64,000 nt of DNA from Octopus bimaculoides (taxonomy: Eukaryota), in contig NC_068981.1 in NCBI RefSeq assembly GCF_001194135.2, positions 54,664,339-54,728,338 of the forward strand. The letters run 5' to 3'. Position numbers and translations under genes: made by a program. Shown piece after piece: positions 1 through 12,227 of the stretch; position 1 is the stretch's first letter, and each line of letters starts with the position of its first letter. The notes under the pieces are model-generated. The model was not told the origin of the DNA. It was given only the letters and a program-made list of their open reading frames with translations, and searched no databases.

Positions 1-136
1 AAAGACATTCGAGCGCGATTGTTGCCAGTGCCGATGTACTGGCCCCTGTGCAGGTGACACGTAAAATACACTATTTTGAGCGTGGCCATTGATCGCTACC
101 AATGTCTCCTCCCTGGCACTTGTGCCAGTGGCACGT

Positions 137-711
137 NNNNNNNNNNNNNNNNNNNNNNNNNNNNNNNNNNNNNNNNNNNNNNNNNNNNNNNNNNNNNNNN
201 NNNNNNNNNNNNNNNNNNNNNNNNNNNNNNNNNNNNNNNNNNNNNNNNNNNNNNNNNNNNNNNNNNNNNNNNNNNNNNNNNNNNNNNNNNNNNNNNNNNN
301 NNNNNNNNNNNNNNNNNNNNNNNNNNNNNNNNNNNNNNNNNNNNNNNNNNNNNNNNNNNNNNNNNNNNNNNNNNNNNNNNNNNNNNNNNNNNNNNNNNNN
401 NNNNNNNNNNNNNNNNNNNNNNNNNNNNNNNNNNNNNNNNNNNNNNNNNNNNNNNNNNNNNNNNNNNNNNNNNNNNNNNNNNNNNNNNNNNNNNNNNNNN
501 NNNNNNNNNNNNNNNNNNNNNNNNNNNNNNNNNNNNNNNNNNNNNNNNNNNNNNNNNNNNNNNNNNNNNNNNNNNNNNNNNNNNNNNNNNNNNNNNNNNN
601 NNNNNNNNNNNNNNNNNNNNNNNNNNNNNNNNNNNNNNNNNNNNNNNNNNNNNNNNNNNNNNNNNNNNNNNNNNNNNNNNNNNNNNNNNNNNNNNNNNNN
701 NNNNNNNNNNN
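137..711. other. Assembly gap (N-run)
   Basis: Other gaps: 33480-34073, 37054-38040, 43684-44683, 52370-52903, 56838-57228. Confidence 1.
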
Positions 712-965
712 GAAGCCCGTCGTATATATGTATATATATATATATATATGTATGTGTTTGTGTGTCTGTGTTTGTCCCTCCACCATCGCTTGACAACCGA
801 TGCTGGTGTGTTTACGCCCCCGTAACTTAGCGGTTCGGCAAAAAGAGACCGATAGAATAAGTACTAGGCTTGCAAAGAATAAGTCCTGGGGTCGATTAGC
901 TTGACTATAGGTGGTGCTCCAGCATGGCCACAGTCAAAATGACTGAAACAAGTAAAAGAAAAAAA
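712..965 (+). mobile_element. SINE family B (3' part)
   Basis: GAAGCCCGTCGTATAT...CTTAGCGGTTCGGCAAAAGAGACCGATAGAATAAGTAC...ACTGAAACAAGTAAAAGA. Related pieces at ~4055-4230(-), ~50955-51100(+, with CORE-like CACCTTGGGCA) and ~53865-54090(+). Confidence 0.78.
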
Positions 966-970
966 AAGAG

Positions 971-1007
<37 letters not shown>

Positions 1008-1259
1008 TACTAATATATATATATATATACTGTAGTTGCTCTTTACTAATTTCCCTCACATTGTGTTGGTTGGCCCTGGGTTATAGTGAATGACTTACTC
1101 AAAATGTCATTCAGTGCAACTGAATCCAAAAGCATGAGACTGCAGAGAGAGAGAGAGCAAATACTTTGACCACACAGTCAGACATGGCTGTGCCTATATG
1201 TATTCAAAAAAATTGGAAAGACTAAGTTTTTTTGTTTGAAAAACCATTATCATACTTAC

Positions 1260-1328
1260 TTCCTCTTCATTTAAAATTCTACGATATGTTGTACTTCGAG
1301 TAAGCACTGTAACTCTTATCTTATGTAG
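1260..1328 (-). CDS. EOGT: EOGT coding exon 11 (last visible; gene continues leftward)
   Basis: LHKIRVTVLTRSTTYRRILNEEE, matching [21 protein letters not shown]. |GTAAGT donor, 69 bp. No C-terminal exons were found in 712-1259. Confidence 0.95.
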
Positions 1329-1429
1329 CTGTAAAATAAAAGAAATAGATAATTTGAGTTTCGTATAGTTTCGACATGTCAAAGTGTCAGCTCTACAATT
1401 TAGTGATATGTCAAATTAAAAATGCTTAC

Positions 1430-1516
1430 AAGTGGTCCTTCTTGAGATATGTTGAGACGGTGAAGGATATGTTGAGAGAAAGCCCGGAAATAACCACTCT
1501 TTTCACATCCAGGTAC
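1430..1516 (-). CDS. EOGT: EOGT coding exon 10
   Basis: [29 protein letters not shown]. |GTAAGC donor, 87 bp. Confidence 0.96.
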
Positions 1517-2321
1517 CTTAAAATATTAGAATAATCCATGATAATAATAGATAAAGTAACATTTTTAGTGTAAAAGCACTTGAAAAAAAGATTTACACTC
1601 AGTAACTCCATAAAAGTATTTCCTTAAAAACTTTTGTGGGTGTATTTCTAACAAACTAACAAAAATGCCCTACCAGTGTCTTTCAATAAACTTAGAAAAT
1701 AATCAAAAATTTGGAGGGATTTAAAAAAATAACTATTTTTATTATTAATCTGACATTTGGAACTTAAACAATTCTTATATAAAATGATGAGACATTTTAA
1801 TTTAAATATGAACACTTTAAGATAGTTAGCTGTGGTAGTCTCAAGCAGGTTTGTATTAAAAGAGTTGACGTAAATACTATATTTTAAGTCATTCTCTGAT
1901 GTGATATAGTCAACTGATCGATTCTTTATGATTAGCTGTATCCATTAATGGATAATCAGTTCTGTCATGTGACTGTGATATAAATTTTCTGACAACATAG
2001 TGTATCTTCAAATTTTCTATAAAAATCATAATTTATCAAGTTTTCTGATGCCTGCAACTTCAGAAACTTCACAGGTAGTCAGAAATGATTTTAAAAATCA
2101 CAATATGGATGGGAGGGAGGGACCCAGCACAAAGACACGTGCACACATACATATATATAAATCGTATTGGGTTGAGGAATAATTCATGAATGTTTTTTCA
2201 AATTTAGAAATGCATGGAGAAATAAAATGCATCGGCAAAATGTTTTATGTTATTTGAAAGAGAATTTTTTGCTCTACAAGATAGTGATTTATTGATTTTT
2301 GTGTATTTTCAGATCATTAAA

Positions 2322-2447
2322 ATGGAATGTCAAGTGGACAAGACTGAGCATTTTTGACACCATTTGCTTTTTGCATTTAATGGAGGTGTTAAGGCTACTG
2401 AAGCTGCTCGTGAGACTTGTGCTGTATAAGGAGAAAGAGCAATGTCT
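2322..2447 (+). mobile_element. Mariner transposase N-terminal fragment
   Basis: MECQVDKTEHF*HHLLFAFNGGVKATEAARETCAV*GERAMS, a typical mariner N-terminus with in-frame stops. Confidence 0.8.
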
Positions 2448-2760
2448 AGCCTACCGTTTTTAATTCTAACAGTTAAGTAATTATTGTTATACAAAAGACA
2501 TTCAGACATTCAGTATTGAAAAATTTATTCTTAACAATCCATGTATGCATTAGAAAAGAGAAAAATTAACCCTTATAAATAGCATCCAAGAAAATTCCCA
2601 AAGGATACCATGAAATACAGTGCATGTGATGAAACAAGAACAATTTAAAGTCTAGAAGTTCAGAAAGTGACTTCCTAACCAACCCATGCTAGCAATAACA
2701 ACAGATATAAAAAGATCATTAAAATTCTAATATTTTAAACAATAGAAAATAATACCTTAC

Positions 2761-2832
2761 CAATGGCATGTTATAATACATCCCACTTCTCATACGAGGC
2801 AGAAATGAAAACACTGCATCTTTAAAACACAC
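2761..2832 (-). CDS. EOGT: EOGT coding exon 9
   Basis: [27 protein letters not shown]| acceptor, |GTAAGG donor, 72 bp. Confidence 0.96.
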
Positions 2833-2930
2833 CTTCAAATTAAAATAAACAAAAAATATGTCATTGATTAATATTTTTTCCATCACTGTATTATTATTTC
2901 CAATTAGCTTGTTAGTGTTCTCAGCATCAG

Positions 2931-3155
2931 CCCTTTATTATTTAAACCAACCATATCTGGTCAAAATACTTTCTCTGGTTTATGTTCAAACTGGCTAAAT
3001 CCAACCTTTCACACCTACACTACAATGTCATTCCAAAAATAAATAATCACATCATCAAAATCTTGAAGGTACAAGATAATGCGTAAATTAGTTCAAAACA
3101 ATGTGAATAAATAAGCATTTCATGTGACAGAGTAATCTGAATGTTAAAGGGTTAA
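2931..3155. mobile_element. piggyBac-like MITE (TTAA-CCCTTT...AAAGGG-TTAA family)
   Basis: Ends in AAAGGGTTAA. Related copies start with TTAACCTTTT at ~17471 and ~54110. Confidence 0.6.
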
Positions 3156-5025
3156 GTTTATTAACACTAACTTAACTAACAAACTGTTAAGCTGGTATCT
3201 TCAGTGTTTCAGATTACTATATACATTGAAGATTAGAATTAACAAAAACAGCTGTTACAAATATAATCAGTTAGTCAAATATATTTTGACTTTCCCCATC
3301 AACCTATTTGTCTTTCTTTTCAGGAAAAGTCCTTTGTGAGAGGCACACAGGACAATAATTAATACATTTACTGTAGTAAACATAAAAGAGTCTACTTAGA
3401 AATACTTATGCAATGAAGAAAAGACAACATTAGCTCAATGACTAACAGTATTTTTAGTAATTTTGGTATGAGGTTACAACTGACAATTCTGCTTGCATTT
3501 CATATTTATTAGAGCTCCTCAGTGGATAATAAATGTAGTGATGAGAGAAGCACTAAGCAGATGTACAATATTGAACAGGAGCAGCTGTGAAAATATAACT
3601 TATTTTATGAAATATATTACTAAAGTTAACTATAGAGAGATGCCATTGTAGGTTGAAGTATTTAGGAATCAGTCCCAGACTTGCCATAATCTCTGCTTTG
3701 GCAGGATATCACTTGTTTAGGTAGAACAATTGAAGGTTTTTCTATTGAAAAAAAAACAGACACACGAAGCAGCACACTTTATGGTGTTGCTGCTATGAAT
3801 TTAAAAAAGAAGCTCAAATCACAAAAGTATCATAATCATTATTTTGACATTCACCTTTCTATGCTCACTTGGGTTGAAGAGAATTCATTGAAACAGATTT
3901 TCTACAGCTGGATGTCCTTTCTGTCACCAACCCTCACCTGTTTTCAAGTAAGGCAATATTCCTCCATGACAAAACATGTTTTATGAAAGATTAGAAATGA
4001 AGCTTGATTGATGGTGACATTTGTTTATGCCTATCATGCATGGAAATAGTAATACACACAAACATATATGATAGGCTTCTTTCAGTTTCTGTTTACCAAA
4101 TCCACTCACAAACCTTTGGTTGATCCAGGGCTACACTAGAAAACACTAGCCTAAGTGCCACATAATGGCTGAACCTGAAACCTTGTGGTTGGAAAGCAAA
4201 CTTCTTACCACACAGCCATGCCTGCACCTAGTATCTATTTATAAAGTGTGAGTATCCAAAAATCTTAATTCAAGATGTTTTTCAGTACTCAAGAAGTTAA
4301 ACTGTACAATATGATATATTAAATACTTAAATCAATTGAAAGTGCAAATTTTGTTATTATTTATTCCATTGTTTTCCTATCCAAATATACAGGATACTCA
4401 CTTTGACATTAGTTTCTATCAAGGCAATGTTGTTGCCAAGATATGTAAAGTTTTAAAAGGATATAAAATTATCACTTCTCCTCACATTAACATCTATTTT
4501 ATAAAAATAATACTTTTTTGTGTTGACACAAGCTACAGGATCTGTTGAATGATATAAAAAATTGAGCACAAGTGAACTGAAAAAATAGCTGTTAATTAAA
4601 GGTATCAAAGATGATAGCAGAGAGATAACTCTGCTGATCTGCCTGTCAAGTAACTGGACAATGAGTAAGTATAAGCACTGTCTCAAGTTCTAGGACTCAC
4701 AGGGCAGTTACCTGGTTTCCATGGTGTATAAATGGACAAGATCACAACATTCCTCTTGAACAGGATGCCAGTCTATTGTATGATTACTCATTTATAGCTG
4801 AGTGAACTGAAACAACATGAAATGAAGTGCTTTGTTCAAGAAAACAATGCATTGCTTCGTCCAGGAATCAAAATTAGAACTTTGCAATTGTGAATGCAAC
4901 ACCTTAACCATTGTGCCTTCACTCAACAATGAGTGCTGGGTGAAAAAATCACAAGCTCTCAATGGGAGACAAGGTGAAGTCATGTCTCAGGATGCAATGC
5001 TTCTTAGATAATATGCAATGCTTCT

Positions 5026-5185
<160 letters not shown>

Positions 5186-5353
5186 GAATTAACTATGTAT
5201 TGTACAATAGATCTATTCAATCTATGTTATGAAAAAGCAGATGTTAAGCTAGTTAAACTACAATGATGGTAATGATGCTGTTGATGAAGCTGATGTGCTC
5301 AAAATAACTTCCTGTAAACTGTAAATTGCATGCTTTGTCACATAACCACTTAC

Positions 5354-5446
5354 CCGTTTACCATTATAGTCACCTAGCCGGATAATTGGATGCTTAGTAA
5401 ATGCTTTCCAAGTCAATTCAAATAGTTCCCCGTATCTGAGAGGGCT
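5354..5446 (-). CDS. EOGT: EOGT coding exon 8
   Basis: SPLRYGELFELTWKAFTKHPIIRLGDYNGKR. TTCAG| acceptor, |GTAAGT donor, 93 bp. Confidence 0.95.
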
Positions 5447-6708
5447 CTGAAGTCAAGAAATACAAAGTTAAATGTCAGTGTGAATATTAACTTCATAAAC
5501 ATTTTTTTTTTTTACAATTCAAGATACTTTTTCCATGGATATTTTAAGGAAACTCTACCAATTATATCCAAGCGTATTATGCTAGCTAGTATTTACAGCT
5601 TACATTAATAGAAACCATGAACTTATTGACACATGCTCATGTGCATGCAATCATTTTAACAAGTGTATACAAGCAGCCTGTGTTAGAATGAACAGTGCTA
5701 GGTATTCAACCATAAGGCACTTGCTCTTTTACTTTGGATGTCTTTGACTGTTAGAGCTTAAATCCTATCTATCTTCTAAGTCCTATCTCTAAATTAATAG
5801 TGTACACGATGAGGCAATAAGGATGTGTGTAAACAGTCACTTAACTGTTTAACAGCTGAAAAACAGCCAAATCTCCTTCAAATCACACCATCCTATCTTC
5901 ATGAAAAGGAAAGATAAAGTGGTCAATTTAAACCTTGATATACATACACACACACACACACACACACACATATTATAAGATAACAGGATAACACTGTTAG
6001 TAGGAGAGGTTTGGAATCTAAAGGAGGAGGGTGAAATAAAATAAATTTGTATAAAATAAAACGAGACAAAACAAGGTATGAGGAGGTTTAATTTTTGTGA
6101 TAGATTTAGGGATATAAAAGTTTCGTAAGTTCATGGATGTAAAACATCAAGGATATATAAAAGGCTTATGGATAGGGAAGCAGATATAAAAGTAGATAGG
6201 TAATATATATATATAACCTATGTATTATTCCAAAATGTAACCACATGTGGACTGTAGGCAATTTTTTCCCCACTGTCTTCCTTTTCTTTTGGACTTTCCT
6301 GTGTTTCCTGTTTCTGAAGAAGAGCTTTGCTTGAAATGTAAAACACCCTTTCTTTCCTTCTCTGAGCATCTTATTAATACTTTGCATGTACCACATCCTT
6401 AAATTGTTTTTCTTTGTCTTTTTTTTTTTTTTATTAATTATATATATATATATACATATACAGCAATTATGCAAAAACTGTTAACTTTACTTAATTGCTA
6501 ATTATATGGTATCAAAATTTCCATTGCACTACAGTGGAACTGTGTCAATGACCAGATTGCAATTAAGGCAACAAAAAGTTTGCCACCAGTTATATGTTGG
6601 CTGACACTTAGTCTCAGATCAAATTGTTTGATAGAAAAGTACACCTTCAATACATTTAAATTCAGACTAGACATATTATAACAAAAATATAAAATATAAG
6701 GCACTTAC

Positions 6709-6812
6709 TGTATCCCACATGACAATATAAATGTCAGTACTGAAGGAATTATTCATATGTTGTGTTAAATATAAGTTGATAAAATCACAGAAATGATGAT
6801 ATAAGTTAATAC
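6709..6812 (-). CDS. EOGT: EOGT coding exon 7
   Basis: (G)[34 protein letters not shown], containing the highly conserved NxYHHFCDF motif. |GTAAGT donor, 104 bp. Confidence 0.97.
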
Positions 6813-7029
6813 CTATAATAGAAATTTAGAAACAAAAATGAGAAATATGTGGTAGTAAAGTAAATAAATGTTAAATGATGATAATTAAAACCAATCAATT
6901 TTTGTCTTTAATGAAGAATAACAATATATCATATACAAAGAAAATAAGGTTACATTACATTTGACATGCAACAAGCTATTTGTTATGTTCAGCATGAAAT
7001 TGTCATCATCATCATTAAATGCCTATCTT

Positions 7030-7450
7030 CAATCACAACCATCATACAATCTGCCCTTCACTCTGAGGGAAAAGACCTTTGTTGCAAGCAGTGGTAGTAA
7101 CTTACTAAACTTTTTCCAACCTAGTCATATTCTATACTTTCAGAGCAACCATCTACCTTGCCATTTACATCTCTTAGGCAACAAAATCTATTGACTACTT
7201 CTTGTGAGTCATCCAGGTATTTAAGAGAATCTGTTCTTAATGTGTTCATAGAATATACTGCTCCCATGCATCTGTCACATTTGAAACTTACTTTCTCTGT
7301 TACAAAATTTTTGGGAATACAGTAGGATCTCATATATGTAGCATAGTGAGTTGAAAAACTTTGATCAACTGAGATTGTCCAACCAATTAGCAGATATAAA
7401 GTCCCTCTCAAAGTGTCTAAAATCTAAAAACAAGAAGCAAGGCATCTGCT
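7030..7450 (-). mobile_element. RTE-clade LINE fragment
   Basis: Minus strand gives DSQEVVNRFCCL...GCSESI and GWKKFSKLLPLLATKVFSLRVKGRLYD, an RTE RT C-terminal region. This explains track ORF 7121..7411. Confidence 0.82.
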
Positions 7451-8700
7451 TTGCTGAGGAGGTCTAATAAGACTGACTCATATCTTATTACCAGCTGACT
7501 TAATAGTAAGCCATCAATGTAGATTGGAGTAGATTTGTTCTTTACAGTGCTTAAGAAATTCAATTTATTAATCTAATTGGGGTTATCTTCCTTGCTTATT
7601 TTTAGCATTTAATCACATCACCTAGAAGGACTTTTTTCTTAACTAATCAGTTGGAAAATTTCAGTAGATCAAAGCCTTTCAACTCACTATGTTGCACATG
7701 AACAATCCTACTATTTCTGTATTTAGCATGCACAACAATTCCCCATAAGTATTTTCCCCTCAGCCATATTGTTAATATTTTTGGAAACCTTGCTCTTTTC
7801 CACAAAAGCAATTTAGCAATTAAGCTACAGGAATTCATTGGTTTTTGTTCATTATAAATAGAAGAATGGTACAACAGAATAGTGCTTCCAAATTTGATTT
7901 GACCTTTCATTTGTTTTCTTTTTTATAATATAATGAAGTCAATTTTGTGAGGTATGATATTTAAATATGAAGATCATATCCTCCACTAGGCAATAAAATA
8001 TATCATCAGACTGATTTGTATGTTGATGTTTAATCAGTATATCCTTTTTAGAAGAGATGAAATTCCAAGCAAAAATCTAAATAGAATGCTTGAACTGACC
8101 TGGAAAACATCCAAAGGATTAAATGATGGAAAAAGAAATTTTACATCGTACTATTTTAGTGCATTCTATTTTCTTTCTCCTGTATGACTAAATATATTAA
8201 TCTAAAATCTGTATATCCTCATAATCAGCAGTACATTTAGAACATTTTGTTTATATATATATATATATACATATATCACTCACTTTCCATTACTGGCATG
8301 GGTTCAGAAGTATAATTTGAGGAAGTATTTTACAGCCAGTTGCCTTTCCTGATACCAACTCTTTTACAATATGCAGGAACAGGGTGCATGTATTTTAAAA
8401 ACTGGGATACACCAAATAAAAATTATCATCAAAAGACTGTTCAAACTAGAAAAAGAACTTTAATAATAATCTTTCCCTGAATATTGTATGTTTGTAATAT
8501 CTGATAACAATTTCTGTTAACAATAACAATGTTAGCTTAGAAATAGGGACAACTTGAACATTGTCTGTGCAGAACTTGATTCAAATTATGAAGAAATTCT
8601 AAAACCTTTATTCATCATCATCATCATCATCATCACCATTTGAGCAAGCTTCTTAACCACTTGGCTATGCTTGCGCTTTCATTAAAAATTAACCCTATTT

Positions 8701-9123
8701 AAGGCAGTGAGCTAGCAGAATTGTTACTATGCCAGGTAAAATGCTCAGAGGCATTTCATTCATCTTTATGTTCCGAGTTCCAGTTCTGCCAAGATCAACT
8801 TTGCCTTTCATCCTTTTGGGGTTGATAAAATAAGTACCAGTTGAGCACTGGGATTGATGTAATTAACTTAGCTCCAACCCTGAAATTGCCGGCCTTGTGT
8901 CAAAATTGGAAACTAATATTAATCCTGTCTGAGGTGGCGAGATGGCAAAATGCTTAGTGGCATTTCATCCGTCTTTACGTTAAGAGTTCAAATTCTGCCA
9001 AGGGCAGCTTTGCTTTTCATCATTTTGGGTGTCAATAAAATAAGTACTAGCTGAACACCAGGGTTGATATAATTGACTTCCCCCTCACCCAAAACTGCTG
9101 GCTTAATCCTATAAAATGAAACC
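8701..9123 (+). mobile_element. SINE family A, two adjacent older copies
   Basis: Two degenerate units at 8701-8912 and 8931-9123. Confidence 0.8.
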
Positions 9124-9240
9124 ATAATGAAATCCTGCATAGAACAACCTCTAAAGATGAGCATTTATAAGAAAGATAGTTACAATACAATATTATATTA
9201 CAAACAAAATTTCTTAAAACAGAATCAAAAGATTGCTTAC

Positions 9241-9347
9241 CAACATCCATTTTCATAATGATTGTTGGTTTTTCAATATGAACATCACAATGTTCTGTAT
9301 TATTAGTGTAGAAATTAAGTGATGAATAGTTCTCTAGTTCTGCAAAC
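9241..9347 (-). CDS. EOGT: EOGT coding exon 6
   Basis: (W)FAELENYSSLNFYTNNTEHCDVHIEKPTIIMKMDV(G). TAG| acceptor, |GTAAGC donor, 107 bp. Confidence 0.96.
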
Positions 9348-9758
9348 CTATTTAAATTTAAATAATACAAGAATCATCAAGGGATTAAATATCCAATAGT
9401 ATTTTTGTATGTTATTTGAAATAAAATTTCAAACATGTTGATAACTTTCAAGACATCCTACATATCTGAAAAATTGATTGAAATGTTGTAAGTACATTAA
9501 CAAATCTGCTTTGGTGACATTATCTTAGTGAGTGATGTGAATAATAATTTAAGAAATCCTGTACAGATATATATTTTTTTTTATTATCTTTTGTTATTAA
9601 TAACATTGTTGGTTATAGGTTTCCAATGTACCAATCACTGGTTCACTTACATTTTCAACAGTGAGAAGTAATAAGGGTTTGCTCGTGCAACTATGGTAGA
9701 ACAAATATCACAAGGGATTTCATCCAACAGCACTAATTTATTATTTTTCTTGTCAATA

Positions 9759-10749
9759 TAAGGTGGTATCAAGAAGTTCTCAGACTAGTTCTGTAGTGCG
9801 CCAACAGATGGCAGCACATGGCTGTGTGTGCAGTGAGAGCTAGCAGTGACCTTCATGAGGCAGTGTGCTGAGTGACGTCTTACTTCGTAAGTTGTGAAAT
9901 TTGTGTTTTTGTGATCACGTGTATGCGGTAGACTGCAATTTTTGTCATGGACAGGAAGTTGGAACAAAGAGCCAATGTGGAGTTCTGCATTAAACATGGG
10001 AAGTCTGCTACAGAGACATGGAGCATTCTTTGGTAAGCTTATGGTAATGAGGCAATGGGTTGTCCACAATGTTTCAAGTGCACAGGCACTTCAAAAGTGG
10101 AAGAACATCTCTGGAAGATAAGTGATCTGGAAGACCTGCCATGAATGCCACCTCCAGAAATGTGGAGAAAATTCATCAGCTTGTGCATAAGGTTTGTTAG
10201 AGGACAATCAACGACATTGAAAATGTTGTTGGTCTGTTGTATGAGTCTGTGCAGGCAATCTTAATGTCTGAATTTAACATGCAGCATGTCTCTGCCAGTC
10301 AATGACATTTTGAAGCATCTGAGGAAGGACATTTGGCAGAAGTGATTGGATCTGTGGAGCGTGAAGAATTAGATTCTTCATGACAACAATGTACCTTGTC
10401 ACCAAGCTTTCATCACTCATGAGTTTCTTGCCAAAAACAACATGTCACCTCCCCACCCACCCTATTCACCAGATTTAGCACCTGTGGACTTCCATCTCTT
10501 CCCCAAGATGAAACTGCAGCTCAAAGGTCATTGCTTTAACACCGTTGTCAAGATCAAGAGCAGATTACAGAAGGTCTTCAACTCGCTTACGGAAAACGAC
10601 TTCCAGGTCAGATTCCAAAAGTGGCAGGAATACTAGTACAGGTAAATTGTTGCACAAGGTGACTATTTTAAAGGGGATGTTAAAACTTAGGTAAATAAGT
10701 TACTTTTTATTAAACATAACTAGTCTGGGAACCTTTCGATACCACCTCA
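9759..10749 (+). mobile_element. Mariner DNA transposon, internally deleted and decayed
   Basis: TIRs TAAGGTGGTATCAAGAAGTTCTCAGACTAGTT and AACTAGTCTGGGAACCTTTCGATACCACCTCA, with TA on both flanks. Transposase remnants include MDRKLEQRANVEFCIK..., ILHDNNVP and HPPYSPDLAPVDFHLFPKMK. Confidence 0.92.
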
Positions 10750-11141
10750 TATTTACATTTCCCACTCAAATACATTCCCCCCAAAAAAGGACAACTCTCC
10801 CCATGTACACACACACACACAATTGGCTTCTGTACAATTTCTTTCAACTAAATAATAGCATTCATAAAGCACTGGGAAAATTGAGACTATAGTAGAAGGC
10901 ACTTATCCAAGATTCTGAGCAGTTGGATCAATTCTGCAATTGCAAAGATAACATCTTAACCACATAGTGGATATTGTACATTTTACTTCCATTCCCCTTA
11001 ATATGAAAATTTTATATTCAAAATTTACATTTTCAATGAAAAATTAATTCAAAATACAATCATTAGTAAGGGTTCAAAATTAAAGTCTTATAGAAATCAA
11101 TAAAACGATGTAAAAGAAAATGAATGAAATTGTGAACATAC

Positions 11142-11246
11142 CATGACTGAAGTGGACTTTTATGTTGCCCTTCGGCCCGTATTAAATTTTTGAAAATATG
11201 ACAATGGCCCCCAATTTCATTTTCTTTGAGAATGTCTTCTCGGAAT
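11142..11246 (-). CDS. EOGT: EOGT coding exon 5
   Basis: (R)FREDILKENEIGGHCHIFKNLIRAEGQHKSPLQS(W), containing EIGGHC and KSPLQSW. 105 bp, phase 2 to 2. Confidence 0.96.
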
Positions 11247-12126
11247 CTGTTCAAAGACAAGTTGCACATGAAAATTTTCCTTTTATCAAAACTTTGTTTC
11301 ACTTCAAGAGATACAAAATAAATACTCCAGTAAATTCCTTCTTTCAACTTTTTAATTAACATAATAAAAAGACTTAGCCTTTTAATGCTCTATGCATTAT
11401 ATGGTGAAGAAAATGACCAATATTCTAGTTGGGAAAGACCTTATCAGTAAAGCACAAACTTCATCATACTTGATGAAATAGTGATTAAACTAATTGTGAA
11501 ATATTCTATATCAGTTATTGTAGGGAAAAAAATGTTATTTAGAGAATAAATACCTTAGAGATACTACCTGTATGAAAAAAATATAGTTAAGTTAGTGACT
11601 TTAAAGATCAGAAACTGGAATAAGTCTGTGTGTTGTAAGAAGAGAATTCAAATATACAGGCAAGACCCAAGTCACATTTTTATGGAAACTAGTGTATTCT
11701 AAGTTCCTTGTTATTTTTGTATGTAAATGTCATGTAGAAATGAGACAATTAAATCATATTACTCTTGTAATTAGGCTGTAGATTATCAAACTAAAAAGAA
11801 CATGTGAGAGTTCAGATTCTTGTTGCATTTGAAGATGTAATTAGTCTGTTTGTGGTATTAGGAATTACACTCCAAATCTCCACCCTTACACTAGTAATTT
11901 TATGAGATTCTGCAAAGATGATAATTTATATATCATAAAAAAGTAACAACTGCTTAATTGTAGCATCATAGGTTGTGAAGTTATCTCATCATTGTTGTTG
12001 CACTACATTTTTAATCAAATTCTTAATTCTGTTTGTTTATAGGTAAACGCCATACTATTTTGATTTGTAAACAGGCCCTAAAGCCTCAAATGCTCATGAA
12101 TCAAGTATTAGTAAATAAACTATTAC

Positions 12127-12227
12127 CTGTCATTCCCAATATTGAGATCAATATTTCTGAAGTCAATGTAGATATTGGTTGCTTCACAATATCGGAAGTA
12201 CTTGCAACATTTTAGAGATGAATCACC
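12127..12227 (-). CDS. EOGT: EOGT coding exon 4
   Basis: GDSSLKCCKYFRYCEATNIYIDFRNIDLNIGND(R), matching [23 protein letters not shown]. CAG| acceptor, |GTAATA donor, 101 bp. Confidence 0.95.

Noticed and set aside
71-830. Long X-containing ORFs here and at the other five gaps
   Set aside because: These are artefacts of N-runs.
7121-7411. 96-aa Cys-containing ORF that looked like a small secreted protein nested in EOGT
   Set aside because: It is part of an RTE LINE fragment; the adjacent frame gives GWKKF...LRVKGRLYD.
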